From the IMG/VR virus record IMGVR_UViG_3300025128_000057, positions 1 through 51,465 of that record: DNA of 51,465 nucleotides, one strand, 5' to 3'. Source of the DNA: a virus (Duplodnaviria; Caudoviricetes). A model generated the notes under the pieces. That model made no database searches and was not told the DNA's origin. It saw only the letters and a list, made by a program, of their open reading frames with translations. Positions 26,701 through 35,699 of the stretch are shown here, piece after piece. Both the position numbers and the translations under genes were made by a program. Numbering within the stretch: the first letter of the stretch is position 1; each line of letters begins with the position of its first letter.

Positions 26701-27231
26701 CCACAAACTCCGGCGAACCGTAACCAGCGAGACATAATCCAGTTCACAGTTCCCGATGATCCTGACGTGGTAGGGGAAACACGTCGAATCGTGATTGAAG
26801 CTGAAACGAATCTGCGACGTGACCAGTTCGGCCAAAACAATCAGCACGCCGACCCGTACGTCTACCTGTACAACGACACAGACGCCGACGTGGGTGACCA
26901 CACTGGCGACACTGACGAATACACCCGTGGCACGCTGATCGATCAGGACGACGACGGAGGCCGAGACTGTTCCGTTGGCGGTGACTCATGGAATTGCGCT
27001 AGTCCACCAGCCGATGCTGAGGACGAAGCTGAGTTCCCGAACGACACGATTGTTGGATACTCAACGCCACGACCAGTTATCCAGAACGTACAAAACCAGT
27101 GGGACGCTGAGATCGACCGATTAATGGAACCCGGCGACTACGCTGTTGAAGCAACTGTCTACAACGCTGCAAATGCTGGCTGGTATCGCTTAACTATTAG
27201 CGATGAGACAGTGGAAAGCGATGGTTCCTGA
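23689..27231 (+). CDS. Very large acidic lipoprotein, putative Cys-His-Asp domain and PPC-like C-terminus
   Basis: Lipobox LVTG-C; GGLCEGF...GHAVTPY...IYIYDSN; D/E/W/P-rich middle; DPYVYLY...DQDDDGG...PGDY. Confidence 0.7.
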   Translation: MATKKATALSRVIGALLGAAVLVTGCSGGTSPRPETSTQQTAQAITVDTTPPVETGLEVSQVVTLDYQPNDDGFGFANYGGGNAPAALTVNLARRLYGDAQVCASVSADDECTPQPVILQLIDQANRAMAGGLCEGFAVLSLRLYQEGATTSLLGQEALVAALEQGDPRVAAELAFWFVTQFASETQAAAAFYREQSPSEIVATLADDFANPLTSAGYTLGLYSAEGGHAVTPYAVEAVDGGSRIYIYDSNWPNETRWIDVVDNVWTYALAATNPTETASAWTGSTGTLELTPMASRQPPFACAFCPQPDGTKSMTLLTAAGSNDTQLALQVTDDQGNRLGVFDGELVNEIPGSVYRYIATSNTADPVMILLPASVENYTADVATVGPQAVNEDGSSVEETGAVSIFVAQDGAAARVETSIADVTDEADDEPVLAVSEDAGYEVNDLEEAAIDIADQNVAVSVTIQDDQELAFQFTPPPAPVGTPDSSETPDTGDNTPESPEPVTAPQIMLSIATDDGEQVAEIEIIQTEDSEAPEEIVIEIDEEGEVELVVEEIEARPATIVAELRELVEERLEADPEQQDDWFVAPDESEGEPFILDLEDDFWDEEVWEEDWHEEDDDWVWVESDDFVEWVEEEGDDSFLAAIVDDTFIEEMEELITRTEDRIDELPDRIEGEWGDDGFVVEIVIVEEDDEVLIVIEDPLPPIEERPEDPEDDTHTPNIDPPDMTMPDWLIPDDDGEIWWDDDDDWGGGGDVDDGMWLDIPDITLPEWNTDDDDDWPDDAPDLNDIPDETNGTDTDDSDDQDQDDDDQPDTGTQVGEGPEPPEPPDEVDSDDDLSGGEPGDDTPDAPVIEDPPPPPPQPSWSGGQDSYLETLPDETSTATDTTTTTNVTSALGFNSSDGYWYQTVTTATTVTETETVSTISATRLRTYSWSCYDDGLGNSSCDDATSYSNTQSTTAVADPTVVDTTTTSVITTIPASCSQGGWTGFGDWCIVGGCSVCNSSTPQTPANRNQRDIIQFTVPDDPDVVGETRRIVIEAETNLRRDQFGQNNQHADPYVYLYNDTDADVGDHTGDTDEYTRGTLIDQDDDGGRDCSVGGDSWNCASPPADAEDEAEFPNDTIVGYSTPRPVIQNVQNQWDAEIDRLMEPGDYAVEATVYNAANAGWYRLTISDETVESDGS

Positions 27232-27581
27232 TGTACGAATACGCAGCGACAGTAGATCGAGTTGTTGACGGCGACACAGTTGACGTAACACTTGACCTTG
27301 GTTTCTCAATTCAATATCAAGCCCGTGTTCGTTTGCTTGGCATCAACACGCCTGAAAGCAGGACACGCGACAAAGCAGAGAAAGCGCGTGGCCTCGCTGC
27401 GAAAGATTACGTTGTGGATTGGTGCGCTGCTCAGGAAGCGATCAGAATCGCAACGAGTCTCGATAAGCGAGGCAAGTTCGGGCGAGTCCTTGGCCGTGTT
27501 ATCGGTGATGACGATGGCTGCTTGAATGATGTGCTAGTTGATGTGGGCCACGCTGAGGTTTATGACGGTGGCAAAAGATGA
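27231..27581 (+). CDS. Thermonuclease (SNase-like)
   Basis: VVDGDTVDV, RLLGINTPE, GKFGRVL. Confidence 0.9.
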   Translation: MYEYAATVDRVVDGDTVDVTLDLGFSIQYQARVRLLGINTPESRTRDKAEKARGLAAKDYVVDWCAAQEAIRIATSLDKRGKFGRVLGRVIGDDDGCLNDVLVDVGHAEVYDGGKR

Positions 27582-27820
27582 CCGATGCTATCGCTGCAAT
27601 CGGAGCGGTCACCGCAGCGATAGTCACAGGTGCGTTTACGTTGTTGGCGTCAGCGATGCGACGGGAGAATAATCAGTCCCACGCTGAAAACACCGTAATC
27701 CTGCGGTCGATTGACGAGCGAACACAGCGGCTTGATGAACGCACCGATGCTCATGGTGTGTGGATGGCACGTCACGCTGACTGGCACGCCAACAAAGGCG
27801 ATTCAATTCCGCAGCCTTAA
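27578..27820 (+). CDS. Small membrane protein
   Basis: N-terminal TM then coiled coil; ATGA overlap. Confidence 0.65.
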   Translation: MTDAIAAIGAVTAAIVTGAFTLLASAMRRENNQSHAENTVILRSIDERTQRLDERTDAHGVWMARHADWHANKGDSIPQP

Positions 27821-28098
27821 CCTCGTGGCGGAAGGTGGTGGATTGTGGCGTCTTGATCGGCAGGCGCGTCGTCAACTAGTTCGTTGATGATTTGTTCGGT
27901 GTGGTGATCGCTGCCTGATGGAGTTAACTGGTCATCTAAATGATCTTGTAAACACAGGTAGCAGATCAGTCTGCCGAACACCGATATTTCGATACCTCTC
28001 GGCAGGTCACGTTCTTCTAGGCAATCCGCGCAAGGTTCTTGGGCTGTTCGTTCGGGTGGCAGGAAGTCACCCATGCCGGGTAGGTCGTAATCGCTCAT
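27817..28098 (-). CDS. Cassette gene with CxxC pairs
   Basis: CADC...CYLC; ATGA overlap. Confidence 0.6.
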   Translation of the reverse strand: MSDYDLPGMGDFLPPERTAQEPCADCLEERDLPRGIEISVFGRLICYLCLQDHLDDQLTPSGSDHHTEQIINELVDDAPADQDATIHHLPPRG

Positions 28099-28442
28099 GA
28101 GAAGTAAAGGCTATAGGTGCGGCCATTGTCGGGACGGTTATCGGTGACGCTGACAAGCTCATCAGTCATGTAGACATCAATGTCTGGCCGATTGTTCTTG
28201 AATGCTTGTTCGGCGATCAACTCGAAGATTTTGTTGGCGATGCGCTTGATGTTGGTAGCGGCTCGCTTCGCATCATTGATGCTGTCACCGTTTGCGTAGT
28301 TACATGCACCGTCAGCGTAGTAGTAGGTGCCTAAGCAGCCGCAAGCGCAGCCACGTTCACCTGAGTAGGCCTGAACTGTGTTGTTGATCATGGTTTCTTT
28401 GAGATTCATGACATTCCCTTCCTGAGTTTGAGTTGCTGTCAT
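28095..28442 (-). CDS. Cassette gene (starts 28442 leaderless, 28409 SD-led), GCACGC motif
   Basis: First gene after P9; YSGERGCACGCLGTY. Confidence 0.75.
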   Translation of the reverse strand: MTATQTQEGNVMNLKETMINNTVQAYSGERGCACGCLGTYYYADGACNYANGDSINDAKRAATNIKRIANKIFELIAEQAFKNNRPDIDVYMTDELVSVTDNRPDNGRTYSLYFS

Positions 28443-28477
28443 AAGATAATCATACACACTAGGGGCCACCCTAGCAA
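28442..28477 (-). promoter_or_regulatory. Family promoter P9
   Basis: TTGCTA-17-TATGAT-6-ATGACAGCAAC; operator CTAGGGGCCACCCTAG 28459-28474. Confidence 0.85.
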
Positions 28478-28522
28478 CCTAAGATGGGAATTATTTTGAT
28501 GTTTATAGATTAAGCTCAAACT

Positions 28523-30415
28523 ATGGTTGCCGTCCCTGCGTACATTTCAGCGAACGCAAGACGAGCGCTGGACAACATTGACCGTAAAGGTGACGGTGTC
28601 ACAGACAAGACCCTCCGTGAAGCACGTCTCCTAGCGCAAGGTGAAGCGAGCGAAAACAAGATCATGCGAATGGCTGCTTGGTTCGCTCGTCACAAATCAG
28701 ACTTACAGTCCCCGAGCGCTGCTGCTTATTTGAGTGGTGATGGGAAGATGACTGCCGGACAATGGGCATGGCTCGCATGGGGTGGAGATCTGGCAGCAAG
28801 TAATCGGATGCGCGCTATGGAATGGGCCGAACGCAAACGAGATCAGTTAAACAAACAGTTAAGCCCATCAGTTACGGCTGGGCTTGAACGCAAAGTTGAG
28901 GAACACAACAAGAAGCATGGGGATAACCCGAAGAAACGGGTGAACCTCAGAATGCTTTCCGCCGTGTTTCGCCGTGGCGTTGGCGCATACAACACGAACC
29001 CCGGATCCGTACGGCCAAATGTGTCGTCATCAGACCAATGGGCATATGCCCGAGTCAACGCTTTTTTGCAAGCTGTTCGCACCGGTAGCTTCCCGAGGGC
29101 TAAGTTTGATACTGACCTGTTACCTGAGGGGCATTCATTGTCAACCCGTAAACGACTAGCCACCTTGTTCAATAAACAGGAAACCAAAAGGGAAGACGGC
29201 GAAGATTTCCCGGAAGAAGCCTTTGCCTACGTTCCTGATCCTGAAAAGGTATCTACATGGAAGCTGCGATTGTGGGACAGCCTTACTGAGCGAACCACAG
29301 CAGCACAAGTAGGGCGAGCATTAGCAGCGCTCGGTCCCGGCGGTTTCCGTGGTAACCGTGTACAAATACCTGCTGAAGATCTACCCGGCGTTAAACGAAA
29401 AGTATTGGAGGCGTGGCGCATGACACACCCAGACGCAACAACCGACGAAGAACCCGAAGTCCTAAAAGGATACGGGTACTACGACGAAAACAAAGATTAC
29501 GGCAGCACGGCTAGCGGTGAAGACGCTATGACGCATTTGTTGATGGCGTATCGTTTGATGCTTGATCATCCGGAGTGCGCTCCAGTGTTACAGCCGTTGA
29601 TGGAAGTGATCCACATGAAGGAAGCAATCATGTTGGAACACGCTGACGAAACACACATCGTTGTGGATGTTGAGATGGGTGACGATGACGAACGGGAACA
29701 AATGATTTACCGTCAGTCCACCCGGAAAGTAGTACGTCAAGAAGATGGTCAGTTTTGTGTTTATTCTGAAACGGGACGCTCATTTGGCTGTTACGGCACC
29801 AAAGATCAAGCTGACGCTCGGTTAGCGCAAATTGAATCTTTCGCTGACCGGCGTGTGACTTACGCTGCTGACAAAGAACTCAATGATTGGCATGATTCGT
29901 TGCACACGCAGAAAGTGGTGACCGATGGCATGGTCATATGCCATGACATCATTGAAGAAGAACTCGAAGCACGTAAAAGTACTTTAGAGATGGTCAAAGC
30001 TATGACTGGCACAGTCCCGGTAACTAAAGCGGACGAGCAGCGTTTTACCCTCGGCCCTGTTTACGTACCCGGCGTAGAAGATGCCCACGGTGAATTTACT
30101 GACAAAGAAACTTTGCAAAAAGCCTTATGGGATTGGATGCGTGCCGGTGATCGAACCATTTACCTCCAGCACTCAGAAAAACCTGCTGGTGAAATGGTCG
30201 AAATGTTGACGTGGCCTATGCCGATTGAAACGGCGTTAGCTGTGCCCGGACAAGGCATCACGAAGTATGCGTTCCCTCCTGACACTCCATTTATGGGTGT
30301 GGTTTGGGAGCCTTGGGCTTGGAAAATGGTCAAAGCTGGTGAGTTACGTGGCTACTCAATAGGCGGTAAAGCGCAGCGAATGGAAGCTGATCTTCCAGAA
30401 TTGGTAACCGTCTGA
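28523..30415 (+). CDS. Multidomain head protein with C-terminal XkdF-like prohead protease
   Basis: FTLGPVYVP..DAHGE...LQH...W..VKAGELRGYSIGG. Confidence 0.75.
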   Translation: MVAVPAYISANARRALDNIDRKGDGVTDKTLREARLLAQGEASENKIMRMAAWFARHKSDLQSPSAAAYLSGDGKMTAGQWAWLAWGGDLAASNRMRAMEWAERKRDQLNKQLSPSVTAGLERKVEEHNKKHGDNPKKRVNLRMLSAVFRRGVGAYNTNPGSVRPNVSSSDQWAYARVNAFLQAVRTGSFPRAKFDTDLLPEGHSLSTRKRLATLFNKQETKREDGEDFPEEAFAYVPDPEKVSTWKLRLWDSLTERTTAAQVGRALAALGPGGFRGNRVQIPAEDLPGVKRKVLEAWRMTHPDATTDEEPEVLKGYGYYDENKDYGSTASGEDAMTHLLMAYRLMLDHPECAPVLQPLMEVIHMKEAIMLEHADETHIVVDVEMGDDDEREQMIYRQSTRKVVRQEDGQFCVYSETGRSFGCYGTKDQADARLAQIESFADRRVTYAADKELNDWHDSLHTQKVVTDGMVICHDIIEEELEARKSTLEMVKAMTGTVPVTKADEQRFTLGPVYVPGVEDAHGEFTDKETLQKALWDWMRAGDRTIYLQHSEKPAGEMVEMLTWPMPIETALAVPGQGITKYAFPPDTPFMGVVWEPWAWKMVKAGELRGYSIGGKAQRMEADLPELVTV

Positions 30416-30479
30416 AACAAAGATGCATAGATTTAGGTAGTAGTTGGGACTACTATGCGTCATGTCTGCATCGGGAGGC

Positions 30480-31205
30480 ATGATGGCGAAATCGACCAAG
30501 CTGACTGAACTCACCATTAAAGAAACATCAGGCGTGGATCATCCCGCGCATCTGCATGAAGGCTGGCTGGTGATGAAGTCTGAAGACGATCTCGACATTT
30601 CTCTCGATCAGGTAATTAATCCCGACTCACAGGAGAACACTGTGGAACTCAATGCCACTCCAGAAGTCGAGGACGTAATTGAAGAAGCAACTGAAGTTGA
30701 AGCTGCCCCAGAAATGGCGACAGAAGCAACTCCGGTAGCCGCATCAGTTGACGGCCCCGATCACACAGAGGTGCAGAAGGAACTTACAGACCTGCGGAAA
30801 CAACTCGATATGGCTAAAGAAGCCCACCGTGAACTCGTAGAGGAACGGGAACTGGAAAAGGCAGCTACCGCTGCTCACCAGTGGGCAATTCTTCCCGGCT
30901 TAAATCCAGTTGATTTCGCCAAGGTACTTGTACGCCTTCGCGCCACCGACCAAGAGGTTGCTAAAGAAATAGAAGCAGTCCTCAGCGCATCAAGCGTTGC
31001 TCTTTCCGAGGCCGGTGTGTTCACCGAGCTTGGAGCCGAGGGCGACGAAGATGGAGCGATGGATGCTTATGGCCGAATCGAGAAGGCAGCGCAAGCCCTT
31101 CTTGATAACGGCGAAGTGACCTCCATAGCTAAAGGAATCAGCGTCGTAGCTGAACGGAATCCTTCGCTTTACAACGACTACATCAACGAAAGGGCCGGTA
31201 GCTGA
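30480..31205 (+). CDS. Scaffold-like head protein
   Basis: ETSGVDHPA N-terminus, acidic coiled coil, NPSLY; SD GGAGG. Confidence 0.65.
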   Translation: MMAKSTKLTELTIKETSGVDHPAHLHEGWLVMKSEDDLDISLDQVINPDSQENTVELNATPEVEDVIEEATEVEAAPEMATEATPVAASVDGPDHTEVQKELTDLRKQLDMAKEAHRELVEERELEKAATAAHQWAILPGLNPVDFAKVLVRLRATDQEVAKEIEAVLSASSVALSEAGVFTELGAEGDEDGAMDAYGRIEKAAQALLDNGEVTSIAKGISVVAERNPSLYNDYINERAGS

Positions 31206-31207
31206 TC

Positions 31208-31600
31208 ATGGCTGCATACACAGAAGGCCAGATGAAGATCGGTACGCTGAAAGCTGCCGCAGACCTGTCAGCAAAGCAGTATCACATCGTGAAACTCGCT
31301 TCCGCCACGACAGTCAATGTCTGCTCGGCGATCACCGACATACCAATCGGCGTCTTGCTCAACAAACCAGAATCTGGCGAAGTTGCAGAAATCTGCTTCA
31401 TCGGCGTTACCAAGATCATTGCTGACGGCACTGTTGCCGCTGGCGCTAACATTGGTACGTCTGCTGATGGTCAAGCTGATTCAATCGCTGCTGGAAGTGA
31501 CACCACGGTTCGTCTCATTGGGACGGCCATCGGAGCAGCTTCCGCAGGTGAAACCTTCACCGCTCTTATCAACTGTGCCGGCGCTGGCCGAGCGGCTTAG
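31208..31600 (+). CDS. Capsid cement/decoration protein (DUF2190-like)
   Basis: IGVLLNKP..GE, Ala/Gly-rich; precedes MCP. Confidence 0.7.
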   Translation: MAAYTEGQMKIGTLKAAADLSAKQYHIVKLASATTVNVCSAITDIPIGVLLNKPESGEVAEICFIGVTKIIADGTVAAGANIGTSADGQADSIAAGSDTTVRLIGTAIGAASAGETFTALINCAGAGRAA

Positions 31601-31614
31601 GAAGGATTACTTAA

Positions 31615-32565
31615 ATGCCACAACCAACAGTAAGTGACGTACACGTAGACGCGATCCTGACAAATATGTCAGTCGCCTACATGCAGGAAAGCTTCGCATT
31701 CGTAGCTTCCCGTGCGTTCCCACAGGTAAACGTCCAGAAGCAGTCAGACAAGTACTTCACGTACTCGCAAGCTGACTTTTTCCGTGATCAGGTTCAACTA
31801 CGTGCAGACGGAACACAATCCGCCGGTACCGGTTACAGCCTGTCCACTGAGACATACTCTGCTGAGGTTTACGCACTACACAAAGACATCGGTGACCAAG
31901 TACGCGCCAACTCGGACGCACCACTTGACCCAGACATGGACGCCACTCGCTTCCTGACCCAGCAAATGCTGATTCGTCAAGAAGTTGAATGGGCATCAGC
32001 CGCTTTCACAACCGGCATCTGGGGCAGCGATGTAACACCGGGCACCCTTTGGAGTGCCGCCAACTCCACACCGATTGCGGATGTCGAAACTGGCAAGAAC
32101 ACTGTGCTCACAAACACTGGTTACGTGCCAAACACGTTAATCATGAGCTACAAGGTGTTCTCTGCTTTGATGGACAACGCAGACATCGTGGACCGTATCA
32201 AATACACCTCACAAGAATCAGTAACCGAGGATCTCCTCGCACGCTTGTTCAACGTGGATCGTGTCTTGATTATGGCTGGCACCTACAACACCGCTGCTGA
32301 AGGAGCTACCGCTTCTTACAGCCAGATCGGTGACAGGGATGCCCTCCTTTGCTACACGCCTGCCAATCCCGGCCTCATGGTCCCCTCTGCGGGGTACACA
32401 ATGGTTTGGAGTGGTTTGAGCGCTGGCTTGGGCACCTCATCTGCGATTAGTCGCTTCCGTATGGAAGCCGAAAAGGCTGACCGCATTGAAATTGAAGCGG
32501 CTTGGGATACCAAGATTGTTTCTTCAGCGCTTGGGTACTTCCTGAGCAACTGTGTAGCAGCGTAA
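31615..32565 (+). CDS. Major capsid protein
   Basis: 316 aa; HVDAILTNMSVAY...FP.V.V; position; downstream hairpin. Confidence 0.85.
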   Translation: MPQPTVSDVHVDAILTNMSVAYMQESFAFVASRAFPQVNVQKQSDKYFTYSQADFFRDQVQLRADGTQSAGTGYSLSTETYSAEVYALHKDIGDQVRANSDAPLDPDMDATRFLTQQMLIRQEVEWASAAFTTGIWGSDVTPGTLWSAANSTPIADVETGKNTVLTNTGYVPNTLIMSYKVFSALMDNADIVDRIKYTSQESVTEDLLARLFNVDRVLIMAGTYNTAAEGATASYSQIGDRDALLCYTPANPGLMVPSAGYTMVWSGLSAGLGTSSAISRFRMEAEKADRIEIEAAWDTKIVSSALGYFLSNCVAA

Positions 32566-32590
32566 ACCCACCTTTACGCATAAACACACC

Positions 32591-32625
32591 AGAGGGTCGG
32601 GTCGGCACTTCCGACCCGGCCCTCT
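32591..32625 (+). terminator. Hairpin after MCP (terminator or stabiliser)
   Basis: AGAGGGTCGGGTCGG-CACTT-CCGACCCGGCCCTCT. Confidence 0.65.
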
Positions 32626-32645
32626 AACTCTTTCTAAGGACGCAC

Positions 32646-33017
32646 ATGGCAAGGATTGTTCCGCCGTACGCAGCGAGGAAACAACACTTCGTTAATGAGG
32701 TAGTAGTAACGAGGAACAGCGCCCTTTTCATGGGTGGCTGTTTCACTTGCGGTACCGGCGGCTTCACTTTGGACAGTGCTACAGAAGGTGTGCTCAATAC
32801 GAGCACTCTTGGTGGGACCGGATCAGTAGTGGTAAAAGCGTTCAACGGTGTTGATAACACTGGAACACTGATCTATCAGCAAGCTATAGCGGAAGATGCG
32901 TCTGAGAACATTAACTATGATAGTGGCGTGGCCTGTCCCGATGGCTTATATCTCGAAGTGCTTGAAAGCGGCGCTGGAAATCAAACGGGCACAATTCTTG
33001 CCCACTGGAACGATTAA
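32646..33017 (+). CDS. Virion-region beta protein, paralog 1
   Basis: FMGGCFT...GTLIYQ...GVACPDGLY. Confidence 0.7.
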   Translation: MARIVPPYAARKQHFVNEVVVTRNSALFMGGCFTCGTGGFTLDSATEGVLNTSTLGGTGSVVVKAFNGVDNTGTLIYQQAIAEDASENINYDSGVACPDGLYLEVLESGAGNQTGTILAHWND

Positions 33018-33026
33018 GGAACGATC

Positions 33027-33326
33027 ATGGGTGCAATCCCTCCACCATACGCGGCGACCATCGAAGCGGTCGCAGATGCGTCAAAAGTAATCGTAAACGG
33101 CGACGCCATATTCTTTGGCGGCTGTTTTACTTCGACTGGCGCTAAGACGATAAAGATTTATGACAACGGCTCCGCAGCTTCTGGCACCTTGATCTATCAG
33201 GTCACGTTGGCTGCTGACGAATCAGCTAACTACAGAGTTGCTGGCGGTATTGCTTGCACTAACGGTATCTATGTTTCTTTAAGTGGCGCAGGAACCCACG
33301 TCGGCTCTGTGTTCTATGCAACATGA
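33027..33326 (+). CDS. Virion-region beta protein, paralog 2
   Basis: FFGGCFT...GTLIYQ...GIACTNGIY. Confidence 0.7.
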   Translation: MGAIPPPYAATIEAVADASKVIVNGDAIFFGGCFTSTGAKTIKIYDNGSAASGTLIYQVTLAADESANYRVAGGIACTNGIYVSLSGAGTHVGSVFYAT

Positions 33327-33799
33327 CTTGGACCTACTCAGGTGATCCGGCGACGAATGCGCGTGATGCGGTTCGGTTCCTAACCGGAGACACCGACACA
33401 AACGATCAACTCGTAAACGATGAGGAAATAGCGTGGACCAATAATCAGGTCACTGGTTCTGACACGGCCACAACGGCTCTCTACGAAGTCTCGTATCGGG
33501 TGATGGTTGCCATAGCCTCAAAGTTCAGTCGTCTCGCAGATCAAGCCGTGGGCGATCTGAAGGTTGATATGTTCCAGAAAGCGACGAACGCTCGGGAACA
33601 AGCGAAACTTTTGTACGCTCAGGCCTCACGGGAAGGCAACACGCCTACTCCATACGCCGGCGGCATCAGTGTCTCTGACAAGGAGATTGATGAGGACAAC
33701 AGCGACATTGTTCAGCCGTACTTCTCGCGTGGTCAGTGGACTAACAGCAGAGGCGGCGCTAACGATGTGATCGCTAACTTTGGAGCCGGAGCGGACTGA
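33323..33799 (+). CDS. Head-tail adaptor
   Basis: MTWTYSGDP...DAVRFLTGDTD...DEEI. Confidence 0.75.
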   Translation: MTWTYSGDPATNARDAVRFLTGDTDTNDQLVNDEEIAWTNNQVTGSDTATTALYEVSYRVMVAIASKFSRLADQAVGDLKVDMFQKATNAREQAKLLYAQASREGNTPTPYAGGISVSDKEIDEDNSDIVQPYFSRGQWTNSRGGANDVIANFGAGAD

Positions 33800-34167
33800 T
33801 GGCTTCGCAGTCGCAGCAGTTCATGACTGACCTGAAGGTCAACATGACGCCGGACACGGTGTCGATCCGTACGACTTCCACGGTGAACAGCTACGGCGAA
33901 CGCACCTACAGTGGTGGAGCTACAACCTACGACGCTTATATCATTAGGGTTGAAGAAGCGCGAAGGACAGCAGACGAAAATCTGAGTGATGTTGATTACA
34001 TCGCTTATATTCCGAACGCCACCATAGCTGTAGACATCACGAGTCAAATAACTTTGCCTGCGCCGATCTCCGAAACACGACCGATTGTGAGGGTGAACAC
34101 GAAACGTGATCCCCTCGGTCAGGTAGCGCAGGTTATCTATGTTGGCTCGAAATCAAAGCGAGGCTGA
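33799..34167 (+). CDS. Head closure protein (putative)
   Basis: Synteny; NSYGE motif. Confidence 0.6.
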   Translation: MASQSQQFMTDLKVNMTPDTVSIRTTSTVNSYGERTYSGGATTYDAYIIRVEEARRTADENLSDVDYIAYIPNATIAVDITSQITLPAPISETRPIVRVNTKRDPLGQVAQVIYVGSKSKRG

Positions 34168-34170
34168 CAA

Positions 34171-34554
34171 GTGGCTGGGAAAGATTTCGACAACCTAGAC
34201 AACGTGTTTAAGCAGATAGGAATTGACGCGCGCCTTTCCCTTTCAGCAGCCTTGTTTGCTTCAGCAGTAGACGTGGCAAATAAGGCAGACACTCTTGTCC
34301 CTGTTGATGAAGGCATCCTCAGAGCTTCACAATCGATTACGCCACCAAAAACTCTCGGCACAAATCCGACAGCACGCATCACTTATGGAGGGCCATCAGC
34401 GCCATACGCTTTGGTGCAGCACGAACGGCTTGATTACGATCACCCTAAAGGTGGGCAAGCAAAGTATTTGGAAGAACCGTTCCTAGAAGAAGTAGGTGCA
34501 TGGCCAACTCGGTTCTCAGCACGACTCAAATTAGCAAGTAGATACCTGAGGTAA
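34171..34554 (+). CDS. HK97 gp10-like neck/tail completion protein
   Basis: VPVDEGILRAS, YALVQHE, GQAKYLE. Confidence 0.8.
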   Translation: MAGKDFDNLDNVFKQIGIDARLSLSAALFASAVDVANKADTLVPVDEGILRASQSITPPKTLGTNPTARITYGGPSAPYALVQHERLDYDHPKGGQAKYLEEPFLEEVGAWPTRFSARLKLASRYLR

Positions 34555-34557
34555 TCA

Positions 34558-34965
34558 ATGGCGTTCCTACCTGAAATCGGCACATACCTAGCAGCGACCG
34601 TGACTGACACCACACTCACGCTTGGAACGAACCTGTTTCTTGGGCGGCTTCCAGATACACCTGATACCTGCGTTGCACTGTTCGAGACTGGTGGGTTAAT
34701 CCCAGAAGAAACAATGGGTGGTTCATCGCTACCTGCTTACACTCAGCCGAGATGCCAGATTCTGGTGCGAGCCGCTGATTACGCTAGCGCCTCGTCGCTC
34801 GCTGAGGATTGCTTTAAGAAGGTGACGTTGATCGACAACGAAGCATTATCAGGAGTGCGCTATTTGCGTGCTGCTGGAATTCAATCACCGTTCTACCTTG
34901 AACGTGACGGACAGGAACGGGTGGTTTTCGTATGCAACTACCAGACCCAAAGAGTCCTGACGTAG
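34558..34965 (+). CDS. Tail terminator (minor capsid 3-like)
   Basis: LFLGRLPDTPD, QILVR, synteny. Confidence 0.7.
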   Translation: MAFLPEIGTYLAATVTDTTLTLGTNLFLGRLPDTPDTCVALFETGGLIPEETMGGSSLPAYTQPRCQILVRAADYASASSLAEDCFKKVTLIDNEALSGVRYLRAAGIQSPFYLERDGQERVVFVCNYQTQRVLT

Positions 34966-35123
34966 CGGATGCGTATGGCGAGATTCGTCGTACGCCTGAG
35001 CATCAACGTGAAACTCGTACCGAGGTTCGTTGCGGTAACTGCGTGAAGAAACTTGCGTTGATGGTTACAGCCCCTTGGCGGATTCAATGCCCACGCTGCA
35101 AACAGATCAACGAATCTGGCTAG
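34932..35123 (+). CDS. Mu Com-like zinc-ribbon protein (start uncertain)
   Basis: VRCGNCVKKLA...IQCPRCKQIN. Confidence 0.7.
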   Translation: MQLPDPKSPDVADAYGEIRRTPEHQRETRTEVRCGNCVKKLALMVTAPWRIQCPRCKQINESG

Positions 35124-35238
35124 GCACCCGGTGCTTATTTCTGTCAAGCAACATAGATAGCTGCTCGCATGCGAAACTGCTGCTGGACTTCCGAGGTGAT
35201 TCAAGCACGGGCCTGCCTTTCGCCTCGGAGGTCCAAGT

Positions 35239-35273
35239 AAAAAGCAAAAGAGCCGCCTCCGTAGAGGCGACCC
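35239..35273 (-). terminator. Intrinsic terminator of cassette
   Basis: GGGTCGCCTC-TACG-GAGGCGGCTC-TTTTGCTTTTT on minus strand. Confidence 0.85.
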
Positions 35274-35285
35274 CTCAGCTTAGGT

Positions 35286-35699
35286 TTAGAGAACTACTAC
35301 GAACTCTTGAACGAAAGTTGATGCAACGGGCATGCAAGAGTAAACGCTTTCACCTGTTTCGACGTTGAAGAATTCCCGTGGGGGTTCTTGACCGCATGGG
35401 TAGCTTGCGGCTGCGTGCCAGTCTTTGCAATCGCACTTGACGCAACGTGCATCGTCGCCGTCGAAAGCGAAGCGGTGAGTGTCGAAATGTTCACGTGATT
35501 CAGCGGCGGTGCCGTCAAATTCGATTGGGCGAGTGCCGCAGGTTTCAGCTAGCAGTTCTTGGCCGGGACGTGAGCAGAGGTACATATTCCAAGCTATTTC
35601 TGGCATGGGTGAAGGGTCAGTGGTGAATGCTTGACGGGTTCGTCCAGTGTCATCCACAACCTTCATTTGTTGTTTTTCGGTTAGATCGGCAAACTTCAT
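35286..35699 (-). CDS. Cassette gene, hypothetical with Cys cluster
   Basis: SD AGGAG; CVKCDC...YPCG..PPR. Confidence 0.75.
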   Translation of the reverse strand: MKFADLTEKQQMKVVDDTGRTRQAFTTDPSPMPEIAWNMYLCSRPGQELLAETCGTRPIEFDGTAAESREHFDTHRFAFDGDDARCVKCDCKDWHAAASYPCGQEPPREFFNVETGESVYSCMPVASTFVQEFVVVL

